From: Azolla caroliniana
Lineage: Eukaryota > Plantae > Polypodiophyta
Assembly (NCBI GenBank): GCA_043228905.1
Contig: JBHGNT010000003.1
Location: 4,774,001-4,838,000, forward strand
DNA: 64,000 nt
Direction of reading: 5' to 3'
Each line of letters starts with the position of its first letter. Position 1 is the first letter of the stretch. The notes under the pieces are model-generated. The model saw only the letters and a list, made by a program, of their open reading frames with translations, ran no database searches and was not told the origin of the DNA. Made by a program: the position numbers and the translations under genes. Of this stretch, positions 34,738 through 47,407 are shown piece by piece.

Positions 34738-37700
34738 CGAAAGACTTAGAAATCTCATTTTTGTTGATTTTTTGCGATTGTTCTAATCAATCTTAAAAGT
34801 ATGCACATGACCTTACATGATTTTGGTATGAAATTGCAAAAGAATTTAGAAATCTTATTTTTATTAATGATTTTATTGTTTTTTGAATTATTGGAACATA
34901 GTTTCAATTTGGTTGAATGTATTTTTTTGCAAAACAATGTAATTTTTTTGAACAGGATTTTGACATCTATAAAAAGCGTATTTAATAGAATGGAGTACTT
35001 AATTGGACACGTACTTAACCGAATGGTTACTGTATATGCCGAATTCGACCAGAAGTATAACCGACATCCGAGTGTTGATCAACGAGTTCTTGATGGAGAT
35101 AAAGTCCTACTATTCCTGAAGGCAGATGAAAGATCAGAATGAATTGGGTAACTTTTTGGAGGATGAAACACAACCAAGTGGCTTGGTAGCGGACTGGGCG
35201 GCAGTGAAGAAGGCTTGTAGCCGTCTTGATAAGCGTCGACAATGGCAAGAGGAAATTGATATGGAGAATCTACAAACATGGAGGAGGAAAGCACCTGCGC
35301 CGGTCGAGCCTAACAAGCCGATCAACAATTACGACAAGAAAGCGATGGAGGACTCTATAATCGAAGAGCTTTCCAACAAATTTGAAGCGATATCGTTGGC
35401 CAACTTAGGTTGACGCGGGCCCAAGGGAAAAGAAGCGTATAGATGTGTGTGGTGTGACAACTTCGAGCACTCATGAAGGGAATGCGTTGACTTGCAAGAT
35501 GCGATACGCAAGAATGTTGTCTATTTGGACGGCAACATGATTCACTCGAGCGAGACCCGGAAGCCACTACAAGTGAACTTTGGAAGAGGTGAGCTGAAAA
35601 AGATTGTAGAAGAGGAAGATGCAAGGCATGTGGAAGCTATGCACTATGTCGCTTCGGCCGGGATATGAGTTGGAAAGGAGAATCTTAAAATGATCAAGCC
35701 AGATGCTAGGTTTTGGCCAACGGTCTTCGAATGCGAAGAAAAAGGCAAAATCAATTCGGAGGATCTAAAACTTGCTGATTGGAACGTGCAACGAGTTACC
35801 GGATGGTCAGATCCAATCGATGAAAACACAAGCTTTGCGGAGGTTGTGTGTGACACCTATGAAGCCCTTGTCGAAGAGAAAAGGAAAAGAACCGGTGAAG
35901 AAGATGGCACGTCAAAGCGTCCCAACACGAAGAACAAAGGGAAAGAAGGGCAAGTCCCACCTATGCCACGAAAAGAGGTTGGAGAAACAAGCTTGAAGCC
36001 AGGTGGATTGAGCCAACCTGCTCGGATGGAAGTCGATGAATCAATGAAGAAAGGAAAAGAACGAGCGACAATGACTTACAACCTAAGGTTGGACATAGAA
36101 CAAATAACTGACTTGCGGAAGGTCCTTGAGGAGAAGGTTTTAGACAGTCATGTCGACCTTACTTTGAGAGAACTGCTTGGGATCGCGAAGAAAGAGTTCC
36201 ACGATACTATTGTGGACCTTATAAAAAGGAACCAACAACAATCTGATGAAGAGGAGGTAAAAACAAGTGCCATAACCATGGTAGGATCGGAAAAGGAGGA
36301 AGAAGAAGAAGTGATGGTGGATAGCCATTACTCTCGACCTCATTGGGCAAGAGCGACAACGGAGACGCCGGTGAAGATTGGGGAGCAGAAAGAAACCGTG
36401 GTAGCCTGGATTGACCATGGCTCGGAGATCAACATCATGTCGACCGAGTTCTACGACAAAGGAAGATGGCCGATTAATACAAACCACGGATGGAAGATTC
36501 GAGCGGCGACAAAGGTTATGGAGCTTGCCCCAATGTTAAAGTCATGATCGGGGATGTGGAGATTGATCAACACTTCTTCGTGCAAGACTCGGCTTCGCAT
36601 CCTGTCATCCTAGGACAACCGTATATAACATCGTCCCGGATGGAGACCAAGGTGTTCGATAACGGAGCAGCCTTTGTGCACGTCAAGAGTCTTGATAGTA
36701 AAAGATCTGTTCAATTCCTGACGGTGCGAGCTAATCATGAAAGGAACCGAGATAGCCTTGGAGGCAAATCCTCGGATTTTTAAAGCGGACTATTGAAGCA
36801 TGGGGCACAAATAGTCTGGGCAATCATAGGTCGCCACAAAGAAGCAGAGCACATGGATTGCAAGGAGAAGCAACATGTGTCACACCTAGTGGCGCATGCA
36901 AACTAACACTACTCAACAAGAAGGACAAGCATCGAATACAAGACTTCGAGAAAGTTCTGAAAGAAGAATGCATAATCGAAGAAGAAGAATTCGTCTCTCA
37001 TATTCTTGAGGAAGCCTCATTTAACGACACCATCGACGAAATCGAGGAAGTTGTGGACTTGAGGTATCCTCACCATCAACATGTGATTTCGGTTAACTCC
37101 GTCAACATGTATACTATCATCGATGAACATCATCGAGGCATCTTGATAGAGGAAGCCGAAGTCAACACAAAATATAAAATCATGGATAGGAAGATCAAGC
37201 CAGTTGCAGTTCCGCTACCAGAAGATAGCTGGCAAAAGATGAAGGAAGTTGCAAAAGATCCAAGCTTAAGGAATCCAAATACAATCGGTCATGTCTTCAC
37301 TGATGAGACGAAGGGAAAGCTATGAGTTGGAAGGGAGGATTTCCTCCTTCCTGAAGAGGAGCAAATGTTCCACGAAATGCTTGAAAGACATGGGAAGGCT
37401 TTCTGATTTTTCCCACAAGAAATCGGATGTGCTAATCCAAGGATGATAGAACCGATGGTGATCTTCACGGTGCAGCATGTGCCTTGGAATTTGAAACCGA
37501 TACCGGTTCCGAGAGCACACCTATCGAAGCTGATCGACCTCTTAAAGGAGAAGGCGAGGATGGGAATTTTGGAACCGTCGAACGCTCCTTATTCTAATAG
37601 ATCGTTCACGGTGCCAAAGAAGAATGGATCGTTGCGATTCATTCAAGATCTTCAACCTGTCAACAAGGTGACAATTCAGAATGCTGGAATCGGTCCAAGT

Positions 37701-40700
37701 GTGGATGAATTTGCTGAGGCGTTTGCGGGCCGGTCAATCTACTCCATTGGTGATCTCTACTCTGGCTACGATCAATTCCAGTTGGCGGTCGACAGTCATG
37801 ACATTACAACCATGAGAACTCCTATCGGGTTGGTGCGGATGTGTACCTTACCTCAAGGTGCGACGAACTCGGTGGCTCATATGGTGAATGCCATGAACAA
37901 GGTCTTGAAGGATTGTATCCCGGATATCACGATGCCATTCTTGGATGATATCCCGATAAAAGGATGTTTGGATGAAGAGAAGGATGAATCAAAAGATAAG
38001 GATGGATGTAGAAAGTTTCGTTGTGGATCATATGAAAGATTGCGAGAAGGTGCTTCAAAGGCTTGAAGATGAGAATTTGACATTTTCGGGAGAAAAATCC
38101 GCATTCAGGCAACCGGAGATCTTGGTAGTAGGTCATTTGTGTGGGGCATACGGTCGGAAGCCTTCGCCATCCAAGGTGAATGCAATCCAAGACATGAAAG
38201 AAGAATGCATAATCCAAACGAAGGTTCGAAGGTTCCTTGGAGCATGCGTGTTTTATCATATTTGGATTCCACACTACGCCCACATTGCTGAGCCATTATA
38301 TGTTCTACTAAAGAAGAAGCGGAGCTTCGAATGGACAAGCAAGCATACAATCGCCATCCGAAGGCTAAAGAAATTGTTGATGGAGGCACTTGCATTACGG
38401 AAGGCGGACTATTCAAACGGCAAGCCCATTTTCGTGACTGTGGATACTAGTCCAATCGGAATCGGATGGGTTATCAACCAAGAAGACGAAGATCACAACC
38501 GATATGCAATTCAGTTTGGCACGAAAGTGTTAAGTGACAGGCAAAGAAGGTATGCCCAAGTGAAGAGGGAGCTATGGGGAATCATCTCAACAATCAAATC
38601 TGATCGTGATTACTTATTGGAGCAGAAGTCATAATTGAGACAGATTGCCTACCAAATTTGGGTATGATATCTGGTTGTATTACATCGGATATTGCCATGT
38701 TGCGTTGGATTGCATATATCAAATCACTCAACCCGGAGATCCGTCATGTAGCTGGGAAGCGTAATGTCGTTGCAGACATGCTATCACGAGCGAGATACAA
38801 CGGAGAAGAAGATCGACATTCTGATGAAGAAGATTTTGGCTTGGATTTCTTTACAAGTTCCTACGCTTGGGTGTTGACTACTTTCATAGAAGAGGATTAC
38901 GAAGGCAAATTCGTGGAGATCAGGAAATACTTGAGTTCTCTCCAAAGAGATGAATCATGGTTGATGGAAGACTTCCATCGAATTCGGAAGAAGGCATACA
39001 AGTATTTCCTTAAGGATGGAGCTCTTTGGAGGCATGCAAAAAAGAAGAATGGGACTCCATTGAGAGTTTTCTGCAAGCTAGAAGACCGACAAAAACTAAT
39101 GTCCGAATTTCATGATAGTGTTTTTGTAGGCCATCGAGGAATATGGGCTACGTTTGCGAAGCTTAAGGAGAAATATTGGTGGTCGGGCATTTACAAAGAT
39201 GTAACAGCTTATGTGGAAACATGTAAGGCATGTCAGATGTTTTCAAATATTCGCCATCGAGATGAACTTCATCCGACTTACCAGTTGGCTATGCATTACA
39301 AGTGGATGGTGGACATCGTGATGATGTCAATGGGGCGATGGCAGATGAAGTATCTTGTGCTCGCGAGAGAGGATCTTACCAACCAAGTTGAAGGGCGAGC
39401 ATTGAGAACTAAGGAGACATCATCGGTATGCCGATTCCTTCTTGAAGATGTTATTTGCAGATATGGATGCGTTGGCAAGATAGTGGCTGATAGAGGCGAG
39501 TTGGACGCCAATGAAGCTAGAGAATTCTTCTCTAGGATGGGAATCAAATTATCTCTTACCATGGCGTATAATCCGGAAGCAAATGGGAAAGTGGAACGTG
39601 GACATGGACCGATTGTGAAGGCTCTAGTGAAAGCTTGCCATGGGAAAATAGGAGAATGGCCGCGTCTATTGCCATTTGCACTATGGGCTAACAGGACTAC
39701 TCATAGCACGGTGACGGGATACATGCCGGCAGAGCTCATATTTGGACTAAAGCCGATAATGTCTGTAGAACAAAGTATTATTTCATGGTTTGCATTGCCA
39801 TGGCAAGATGAGATAAGTAGAGAAGATCTTCTAGCATTGAGGATTCGTCAGTTGGAGCGGAATTTGGAAGATATAGAAGTGGCTAAAGTGTGGCTAAAGA
39901 ATGCAAGGCTAAAGAACAAGAAAGACTTCGATAAACGACATCGACTTCGCCCAAGGAAAATCGTTGAATGAGATTGGGTGCTAGTCTATGACAGTAGCCT
40001 AGATAACCAATATAGTACGGCTCAAAAATTTTCACAACGATGGTTTGGACCATATGTGGTGAAGAAAGTGGAAGAAAATGCAACATATCATTTAGTAGAG
40101 TTGGATGGTACACCACTTGCCTTGCCAATTGCTGGTAAAAGAGTCACGATCTTCAAGAGAAGAGATAGAATAGAAATTGGATTGGAAGCTTTTGACGATT
40201 ATGTCTTGGGCATCGATGAAAAAGTATAGTAAACAAAGGTGGAGCCTCACCGAAATTGGCACATACCGGTGGATGTGCAGGTTTGGTGGGGGCGAATGTC
40301 ATGTGAATCTTCTCACACTATGTAAAAAATTAAATAATAAAATAAGTACTTTATATTAGCTTAATGGCATGTTGTAGAAAGATGGATGTTTGAGAAGATA
40401 GGGAAAATAGAACTATGATTTGAGAAGATAGGGAAAATCGGTTGGTAAGCAAAACCGTAAATCGGTTGGTAAGCAAAACCGGAACCGGCCGTTAAGCAAA
40501 ACGGGAAACCGGATGGTAAGCAAAACCGGTACCGGGCTGGTAAGCAAAACTGGAATTGGCCCGCTAAGCAAAATCAGAACCGATCGTTAAGCAAAATAGG
40601 AAACCGGTCGGTAAGCAAAATCGGAACCGACTCGGTAAGCAGAACCGGAACTGGCCCGATAAGCAAATCCGGAAACCGGTCGGTAAGCAAATTTGGAAAC

Positions 40701-41470
40701 CGGCCGATAAGCAAAACTAGAACGGGTCGGTAAGCAAAACCGGAAACCGGCCAGTAAGCAAAATTGGAAACCGGCCGGTAAGCAAAACCCAAAACCGACC
40801 GATAAGCAAACCGGAACCGTTGGCGGCAATCGGCGACCGAACGGAAACGACAATCGGACGAGGCTGGATGCAAACCAAACAGATAAAAGGATCATGTGGC
40901 TAATTAAAGAAAGGTAAAAGAGACTAAAGTAGAGGCCATGTGGATGCATGCAACAAAAGTGGAAAAGCATGCAAAGGAATGGAAAAAGCAAACTGAAGTC
41001 CTTCATGCAAAGGGATGGGGGAGAGACAAAAATGAGGAATTTGAATTCTTGGAGGCTATCAATCCCTCATAATTCCAATTTCTCCATACGGGAAGGAGGC
41101 TATCTCTAAAGTAAACCATAATTTCCTTACGAAAGCCATATCTTACTCATAACCCTAAATTTACCATACGAAAGCTATTCAACTCATAAAATCATAATCT
41201 CTTATCAAAGCCAAGAACCCTAAATCTCTATGGAATCCATATCTTAGTTTCTTCTAATCTATTATTCTAGCAATCTCCTTAAGATAAAACTTTTGTAATC
41301 CCAATCTTGGGATTGATTGTAATTTTTCTTTTCTATTTGTTAATGAAATTTGTCAATCTTTCTTATTTCTCTTAATTGATTAATATAAACGCATGAATCT
41401 GATATCCTCTAGTCGGAGGCCCTGGGGTCTTGCCTCAAAGTTCATGTATCCTCGTCGTATTTTCGTGACA

Positions 41471-43195
41471 ATGGCTGACGACATGAAGTTGTCTCTGTGG
41501 AGAGTGATGCAAGGTATTAAGGATGAGCAGCTTCTTGTGTCTGTTTTGTCAAGGGTTGTGGCGAAAGATTTAAGCCTTGAAGAAATGGTAACTGAGTTCA
41601 ATAAGCAAGTCTTTCAAATAGTGAAATTGAATTCAATATGGTGCAATTGCAAGTTCTAATCCCATTTTCTAATTTCACAGTCATAAGGTGTACATGAAGA
41701 TCCAAGAAGTTATGATGAAACAACTTGGATGTATAACTTGGGAACAAGTGACTGAGGATTATCCTCTAACGTCTTCATATAAGGCGTTATCCGAGTATTT
41801 TATTGCATTCAAGGATTGGGTTAGTATTGGTGTTTTTTCATTAAGCTTTCCTCATATGTAGAGATTGTGTAATAATACTTGATGTCTTATTGCTTCTATT
41901 AGAAACCGTGTCATGGCAAGAAATAAGGAGAAGTTAAGGATATACACGATTTCCCGACATCCTTCCTTGCACATCTCGAGAGAGCCAGAAAAGAAAAGGA
42001 TCGTCGCTTAGTCAAGGCGTACGAAATTGAGGAAGATGGCTCCTTCAAAAAATTTAGCCACAAAAAGGATATTACGAGAGATCTTTACTACAATGTGGTT
42101 TGCGGCGATGTCATTGACATGATCCAAAAAGTTCCAAAGAAGGAATATATGCTAATGATTGCGGATATTCCTATGGATTTCGAATCGCAAGGTCATATCA
42201 TACGACGATGAACCGTTTAGGTTTAAACAGTTAAAGAAGATGGTCAAGGATTTTGCTGAGCTAACGATTGCATCCTTGTGGAGAATAGTTGTCTTTCATA
42301 GTATGGACCAAGGGTACTAGGTAGCTCAAGCTTTGTGATCTCGTTGCCATGGCATCGAGAACCTTGCATGGTAAGGATTATTTATAGGTCTCATTGACTA
42401 TATTGCATTTCTTAAGATTGTTCAATCTATTCTTAACTCAATGTATTATTTTTTATAGGATAAAAACCAATGTAAATAGAGGGCCAACCTTTCGGTTTTT
42501 TAGTGCCATTGAATACATCACGGTTAGCTAATTCGATGAAATTAAGAAACAAAGAATCAAGGAGCATTCTAATGAAGTGGGAGGTTCAAATCTGCTGGTA
42601 TATCCAGTAGTGACACGGAAATTGCGACATGTCACCACAACACGACGGGGACTTGTCAACCCATACCAAAAACCTCCACAACTTATGATGCGCTTGATCG
42701 AGATGTTTTCTGTAGAAGGAGATTGGATATTAGACCTCTTTTCTGGCACAACTATTCCTCGAACTAGGTTAACGATCTTGAGATAACCAATACTGAATCT
42801 TTTTTGTTTGAGAACTAATTCTTCTTGTTACTTTCTTCACATGAACAATGTCTACATGTGCATTGAAGCTCTTTAGAAACACAGTTGCATTGGAGAAGGA
42901 CGAGGAACAAGTTATATTTATCAACATGAGGATTAAGGCTTTGTGGGAGTGCCCAGACCAGGAGGAGGAGGTCGGTGCAAAGAACCTTGATGATACTGAA
43001 AGGTTTCAACCTGCTTCGCGAGAGCCTACTCCTTTGTTAGTCGGGGAACTGGGGGAGCTAATAGAGCTTGATGATGAGCTTATAGAAGATATTTCGTTGG
43101 CTCGGCTAACAGGGGAAGACAATGCACGTATAGCCGAAGAAACTTCTATACAGGATGATGAAGAAAATGACATTGACGATTTGCTTGCTATGTAA
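41471..43195 (+). pseudogene. Transposon cargo gene, 3' half: spliced beta-class N6-adenine/N4-cytosine DNA methyltransferase domain with an acidic tail
   Basis: Introns 41605-41680 (GC..AG), 41820-41902, 42371-42458; spliced translation VVCGDVIDMI..MIADIP(Y)G (1-nt frameshift, 42164-42174), LAW|IK.N, AIEYI, VNPYQKPPQLMMRLIEMFSVEGDWILDLFSGT, ALKLFRNTVALEKD; motif IV precedes motif I. Confidence 0.85.
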
Positions 43196-44061
43196 TAAAC
43201 TCTTTTAAAAACGAAATGTATTGTTTGGAATTCACATTATTAATACAAATTTTGGGTTTTACTTGGTGGATTCTATTCTTTATAATCTTGTTGAGAGATC
43301 AAGCTCAATTTAGTTTAGTTAGTTAGTCAACAATGTAACTTCGTAGTTACCTAGATAGAATAGGACCTTAAATAGGACTACAACGCCTTAAATAGGACCT
43401 TGTACTTAAATGGGATATTCTAAATCCTCCACTCCTAAGTACATTTAATATACGACTTACACATTAGTACCTATATTCTACTCATAGATGTGCACCTTTG
43501 CAGATGAGATGTATATATACCTCATTGTGGGTATTTTTGTATTTTGATGATGATGATAATGCTAATTTAATATACTTACTCATCCCCCATCTTGTGTTGT
43601 ATCTCTCTCTCTCTCTCTTCCTCTCTCACACATACACACACATATCACTTAATCTTCTGCTTATCAACTAATCACATAATTAGGTACTAATTAATCCTTG
43701 CTTAATTACTTACCTAATTCTTAACAAATCTTCTATATGTTTCAATTTTATTTCTATATACTTGGTTAGTAGACTTATGACATTGGTTTCACCGTGTGCA
43801 TTGCTGACTACCAATATGGAGAAACATGAATTAGTTTAAATTAAGGCTGATTTTGGTCAAACTTTACCTTAACGTAACATGGTCGTATAATTGTTGCCAT
43901 GATTGCCCATGTTGTTATTATGGATCTTTCTCTTCTATTGTTAAAACTATTATGTTTCTCTTCCATTGCTGCTTAAATTGTGTAGTGTGTTGATAATGGT
44001 TCCACTAGCGTTATCCACATGTTTTTATACACTTGTAGTTCCACTGGCGTTATCGTTCGGA

Positions 44062-44337
44062 GTTTGATCCCGTGTGAATCACCTAAGGAATAGATTAGAT
44101 CAATTTTAAATACAAGTATGAAAGCCTTAATAGGTTTGTTATTTCCACCACATTATCCTAAAGTTCATTGTCTTACATTGTCCACAATTATATACATATG
44201 GTTTGATCCCATACGAACAAACTGAGGAATAGATTAGATCAACTTTAAATACAAGTATTAAATACCTTAATAAGTTAGTTATTCCAATCACATTATCCTA
44301 AAGTGCACTATCCTACATTGTCCACAATTATATACAT
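44062..44337. repeat. About 139-bp tandem duplication in the right arm of the Sola-like element
   Basis: GTTTGATCCC...GGAATAGATTAGATCAA...TTGTCCACAATTATATACAT twice. Confidence 0.85.
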
Positions 44338-44719
44338 GCAAGTATGGGTCAAAGTATAAATTATAACTCATTTTATTAGTATGGTTACAAGTACACCTCA
44401 TATTTTTGTAAAACATACCAAATTAATATAAGTCTTTAACTTAGTGTTTCCCATGTCGCACATTAGTGAGATATTGAGCCATTGTTGAACTTTATTATGC
44501 CTACATTAACTTATCAACACGTCCAAACTTATTTGAATTTCTAATGATCTCCACTCATAGACCTATCATGTATTTTTATATTTGCAAATTCTAATCAAGT
44601 TGTAGAACATGTGATACTAGTATATCCAATTTTTGTAGAGGGTATATTTGGATAGTTTCAAGAAGATTCTACAAGTGGAATGCGCGATCCTTCCACTTGT
44701 TAACGTGAACGCGATAGAA

Positions 44720-47397
44720 GAGAATGCACCTGTTAGTCGACCAGAAACTTCTACCAGAAGTCAAGGACATGCATCTAGAGAAGTATGTCGACTGCTTAGC
44801 CGAAAAGCAGAACAGAGTTGCATTCCACACAAGACCACCGAGAAGAAGAGAGGTTGCACAGGAACTAGTACACACGGACGTGTGCTATGTTGATGCTCCA
44901 TCACATCGAGGTGGACAGTACTTTGTGACATTCATTAATGACCATAGTCAGAAAACATGGGCCTTCGTACCGAAGACGAAGGATCAAGTATTGTCGATTT
45001 TCAAGGAGTTCCAGGCAAGAGACGAAAGAGAGTTGGGTTGGAAGTTGAAGTCTGTCTGAACCGATAATGGTGGCGAGTACAAAGGGAAGTTAGAGGAATA
45101 CTGCAAGAGCCAAGGTATTCGAATCGAATACACAGTGCCAAAGACCCCAGAGTTGAACGGGCTTGCAGAGAGGATGAATCGAATGATCATGGAGAGAGTA
45201 AGGAGCATGCTCTCTCATGAGAAACTGCGGAAATCCTATTGGGCTAAGGCAATGTACACAACTATTTATCTGATCAACAGGTCTCCCTCAGTACCATTGA
45301 AGGGTGATGTCCCATAGAGGGTGTGAATAGGGAAGGATGTCTCCTGCCAGCATTAGAGGGTGTTCGGATGTCTGGCATACATGCATGTACCGAAAGATCA
45401 GGGGTCAAAGCTCGACAGCAAGTTGAACGCATGCATATTCATGGAATACTCGGAAGATGAATTCGGCTACAGGCTATGGCACCTAGTCGACAAGAAGGTA
45501 GTGAGAAGTCGGGATGTATTCTTTCTAGAAGACAAGACAATTGAAGACTGGAAGCAACAGAAGTCGGAATCGACTTCCCAATCAACCCCGACTACCATCG
45601 ACTTAAGGCCAAGTGAGTCGTCACCAACAGTTGTAAGGAGACAGCTGGCCGAGAGAGCCGAATCCGAGTCGGCAGAGCTACAAAGGTCAATTGATGAATA
45701 TGAGTTGGAATTACCCAACCAAGGGAGGCCGATTGACGAGCAGAATCCCAAGCAGAGAGAAGAGTTGGCAGAGACATCCGAAAGAAGATACCCACTCAAG
45801 GAGAGGAAATCACCGACTACATATGCCAGCCAATACATCCTCTTAACTGATGAAGGTGAACCAGAGTGCTATGAAGAAGCCATTGCCAATGACCACAAAG
45901 CGAAATGGCTGAGTGCGGTGCAAGATGAGTTGGAATCCTTGCACGAGAATTACACCTACGACCTGGTAGAGTTGCCGAAAGGTAAGAGAGCACTCAAGAA
46001 TAAGTGGGTCTACAAAGTGAAGACTGGAGAAGACAACAATGAGCCCAGGTATAAAGCCCGCATAGTGGTGGAGGGTTTTCAACAGAAAAAGGGCGTCGAC
46101 TTTGACGAAATATTCGCACCAGTCCTGAAGATGACACCCATTCGAAATGTTCTCAGCATAGCGGCCAATATAGATCTGAAGATCGAACAGTTGGATGTCA
46201 AAACCACATTTCTGCATCGGGAGGTAGAAGAAGAAATCTATATGCAGCAATCCAAAGTCTTTAAGGAGAAAGGGAAAGAGAATCTGGTGTGTCGATTGAA
46301 GAAAAGCTTGTACGGTCTGAAACAGGGTCCACGCCAATGGTACAAGAAGTTCGAGTCCTTCATGATGGAAAACCGGTTCCAGAAAACACGGGTTGATCAC
46401 TGTGTGTTCGTCAAAAGGTACGAAGAAGGAGACTTCTTGATTCTCTTGCTATATGTTCATGACATGTTGATAGTTGGTCAAGATACAAGGAAGATTGGAA
46501 GCTTGAAGAAAGCTCTTGACAAATCGTTTTCCATGAAAGACCTTGGACCGGCTAAACAGATCTTGGGAATGCTATGGTTGTCACAACAGAAGTATGTGAC
46601 GAAGATCCTAGAGAGATTTAACATGTCAGATGAAAATCCAATCGGCTCAATGTTGCTGACAAATTGCAAATTGAATGCGAAGCAATGCCCGAAAGGGGAG
46701 AGGGAAAAGGCCAAGATGAGGAAGGTACCATATGCCTCGGCCGTCGGCAGTCTAATGTATGCTATGGTCTGTACGAGACCTAACATAGCATTTGTTGTAG
46801 GAGCAGTAAGCCGATATATGAGTAATCCAGGAAGAGAACACTAGGCAGCGGTGAAGTGGATACTCAGGTACTTAAAAGGCATCTCAGAGGTGTGCCTAAG
46901 ATATGGTGTCGGAAAACCTGTGCTCAAAGGTTTTACCGACTCGAACATGTCGGGAGATGTCGACTCGACCGATCCACGTTAGGGTATGTGATGACCTATG
47001 CAGGGGGGGTAGTGTCATGGCAGTCACGACTGTAGAAGTTTGTAGCTTTGTCGACTACAGAGGAAGAGTATATGGTAGCGGTAGAGGCCGGCAAAGAGAT
47101 GATCTGGATGAGAAGTTTTCTCACCGAATTAGGGATGAAGCAAAAGGAGCTCTTTCTTCACTATGACAACCAGAGTGCCATACATCTTGCCAAGAATGCT
47201 ACATACCACTCTCGGCCAAGCATATACAGAGAAGGTATCACTGGTTGCAGGAGACAGTCGAAGAAGGAGAGTTTTCCTTGGTGAAGATCCATACTGACGA
47301 CAATGGATCTGACATGCTGACGAATAACCTACCTATGGATAGACTCAGATTTTGTCGACAGAAGACAGGACTGATTGACTTCCTCCCAGAGGAGTGA
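44720..47397 (+). pseudogene. copia integrase/RT/RNase H remnant (continues 22243-23555)
   Basis: ELVHTDVC, TDNGGEY, NGLAERMN, YKARIV..GF.Q..G.DF.EIFAPV, LYGLKQ.PRQW, YASAVGSLMY, STTEEEY. Confidence 0.93.
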
Positions 47398-47407
47398 AGG
47401 GGGAGTG

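Larger units (their letters stand above)
31771..35032 (+). mobile_element. pogo-family (Tc1/mariner-related) DNA transposon inserted in gypsy gag
   Basis: 23-bp TIRs CAGTAAACATTCGGTTAAGTACG / CGTACTTAACCGAATGGTTACTG (1 mismatch); TA TSD at 31769-31770 and 35033-35034; excision restores gag ASGV|YAEFD. Confidence 0.95.
31353..40229 (+). pseudogene. gypsy gag-pro-RT-RNaseH-integrase, disrupted and interrupted by pogo
   Basis: Protease IDHGSEINIM; RT LRFIQDLQPVN, LPQGATNS, FLDDI; RNase H TVDTS, ADMLSR; integrase GHRG..C..CQ, VADRGE, NGKVER; PR-RT-RH-IN order. Confidence 0.92.
29893..41470 (+). mobile_element. Ty3/gypsy LTR retrotransposon inserted in the cargo gene
   Basis: LTRs 29893-31300 and 40297-41470 (TGTCA...GACA) with arrays of 21-22-bp CCGGTAAGCAAAACCGGAA repeats; purine tract before 40297; degenerate 4-bp TSD GTGA/ATGG whose removal restores the host frame. 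Confidence 0.92.
23556..44715. mobile_element. Sola-like (DDD) TIR DNA transposon with a cargo gene; about 9.6 kb after removing the nested gypsy
   Basis: About 35-bp imperfect TIRs (left AACACGTTCGTGTTCACAAGTGGAAGGATCACACA; right reverse complement ATCGCGTTCACGTTAACAAGTGGAAGGATCGCGCA); 4-bp TSD AGAA at 23552-23555 and 44716-44719; excision restores the copia frame HMSEK|RMHLL. Confidence 0.88.

Noticed and set aside
41471-43195. Bacterial contamination or prophage as the source of the methyltransferase
   Set aside because: The gene has spliceosomal-type introns, is interrupted by a gypsy element and lies inside TIRs nested in plant retrotransposons
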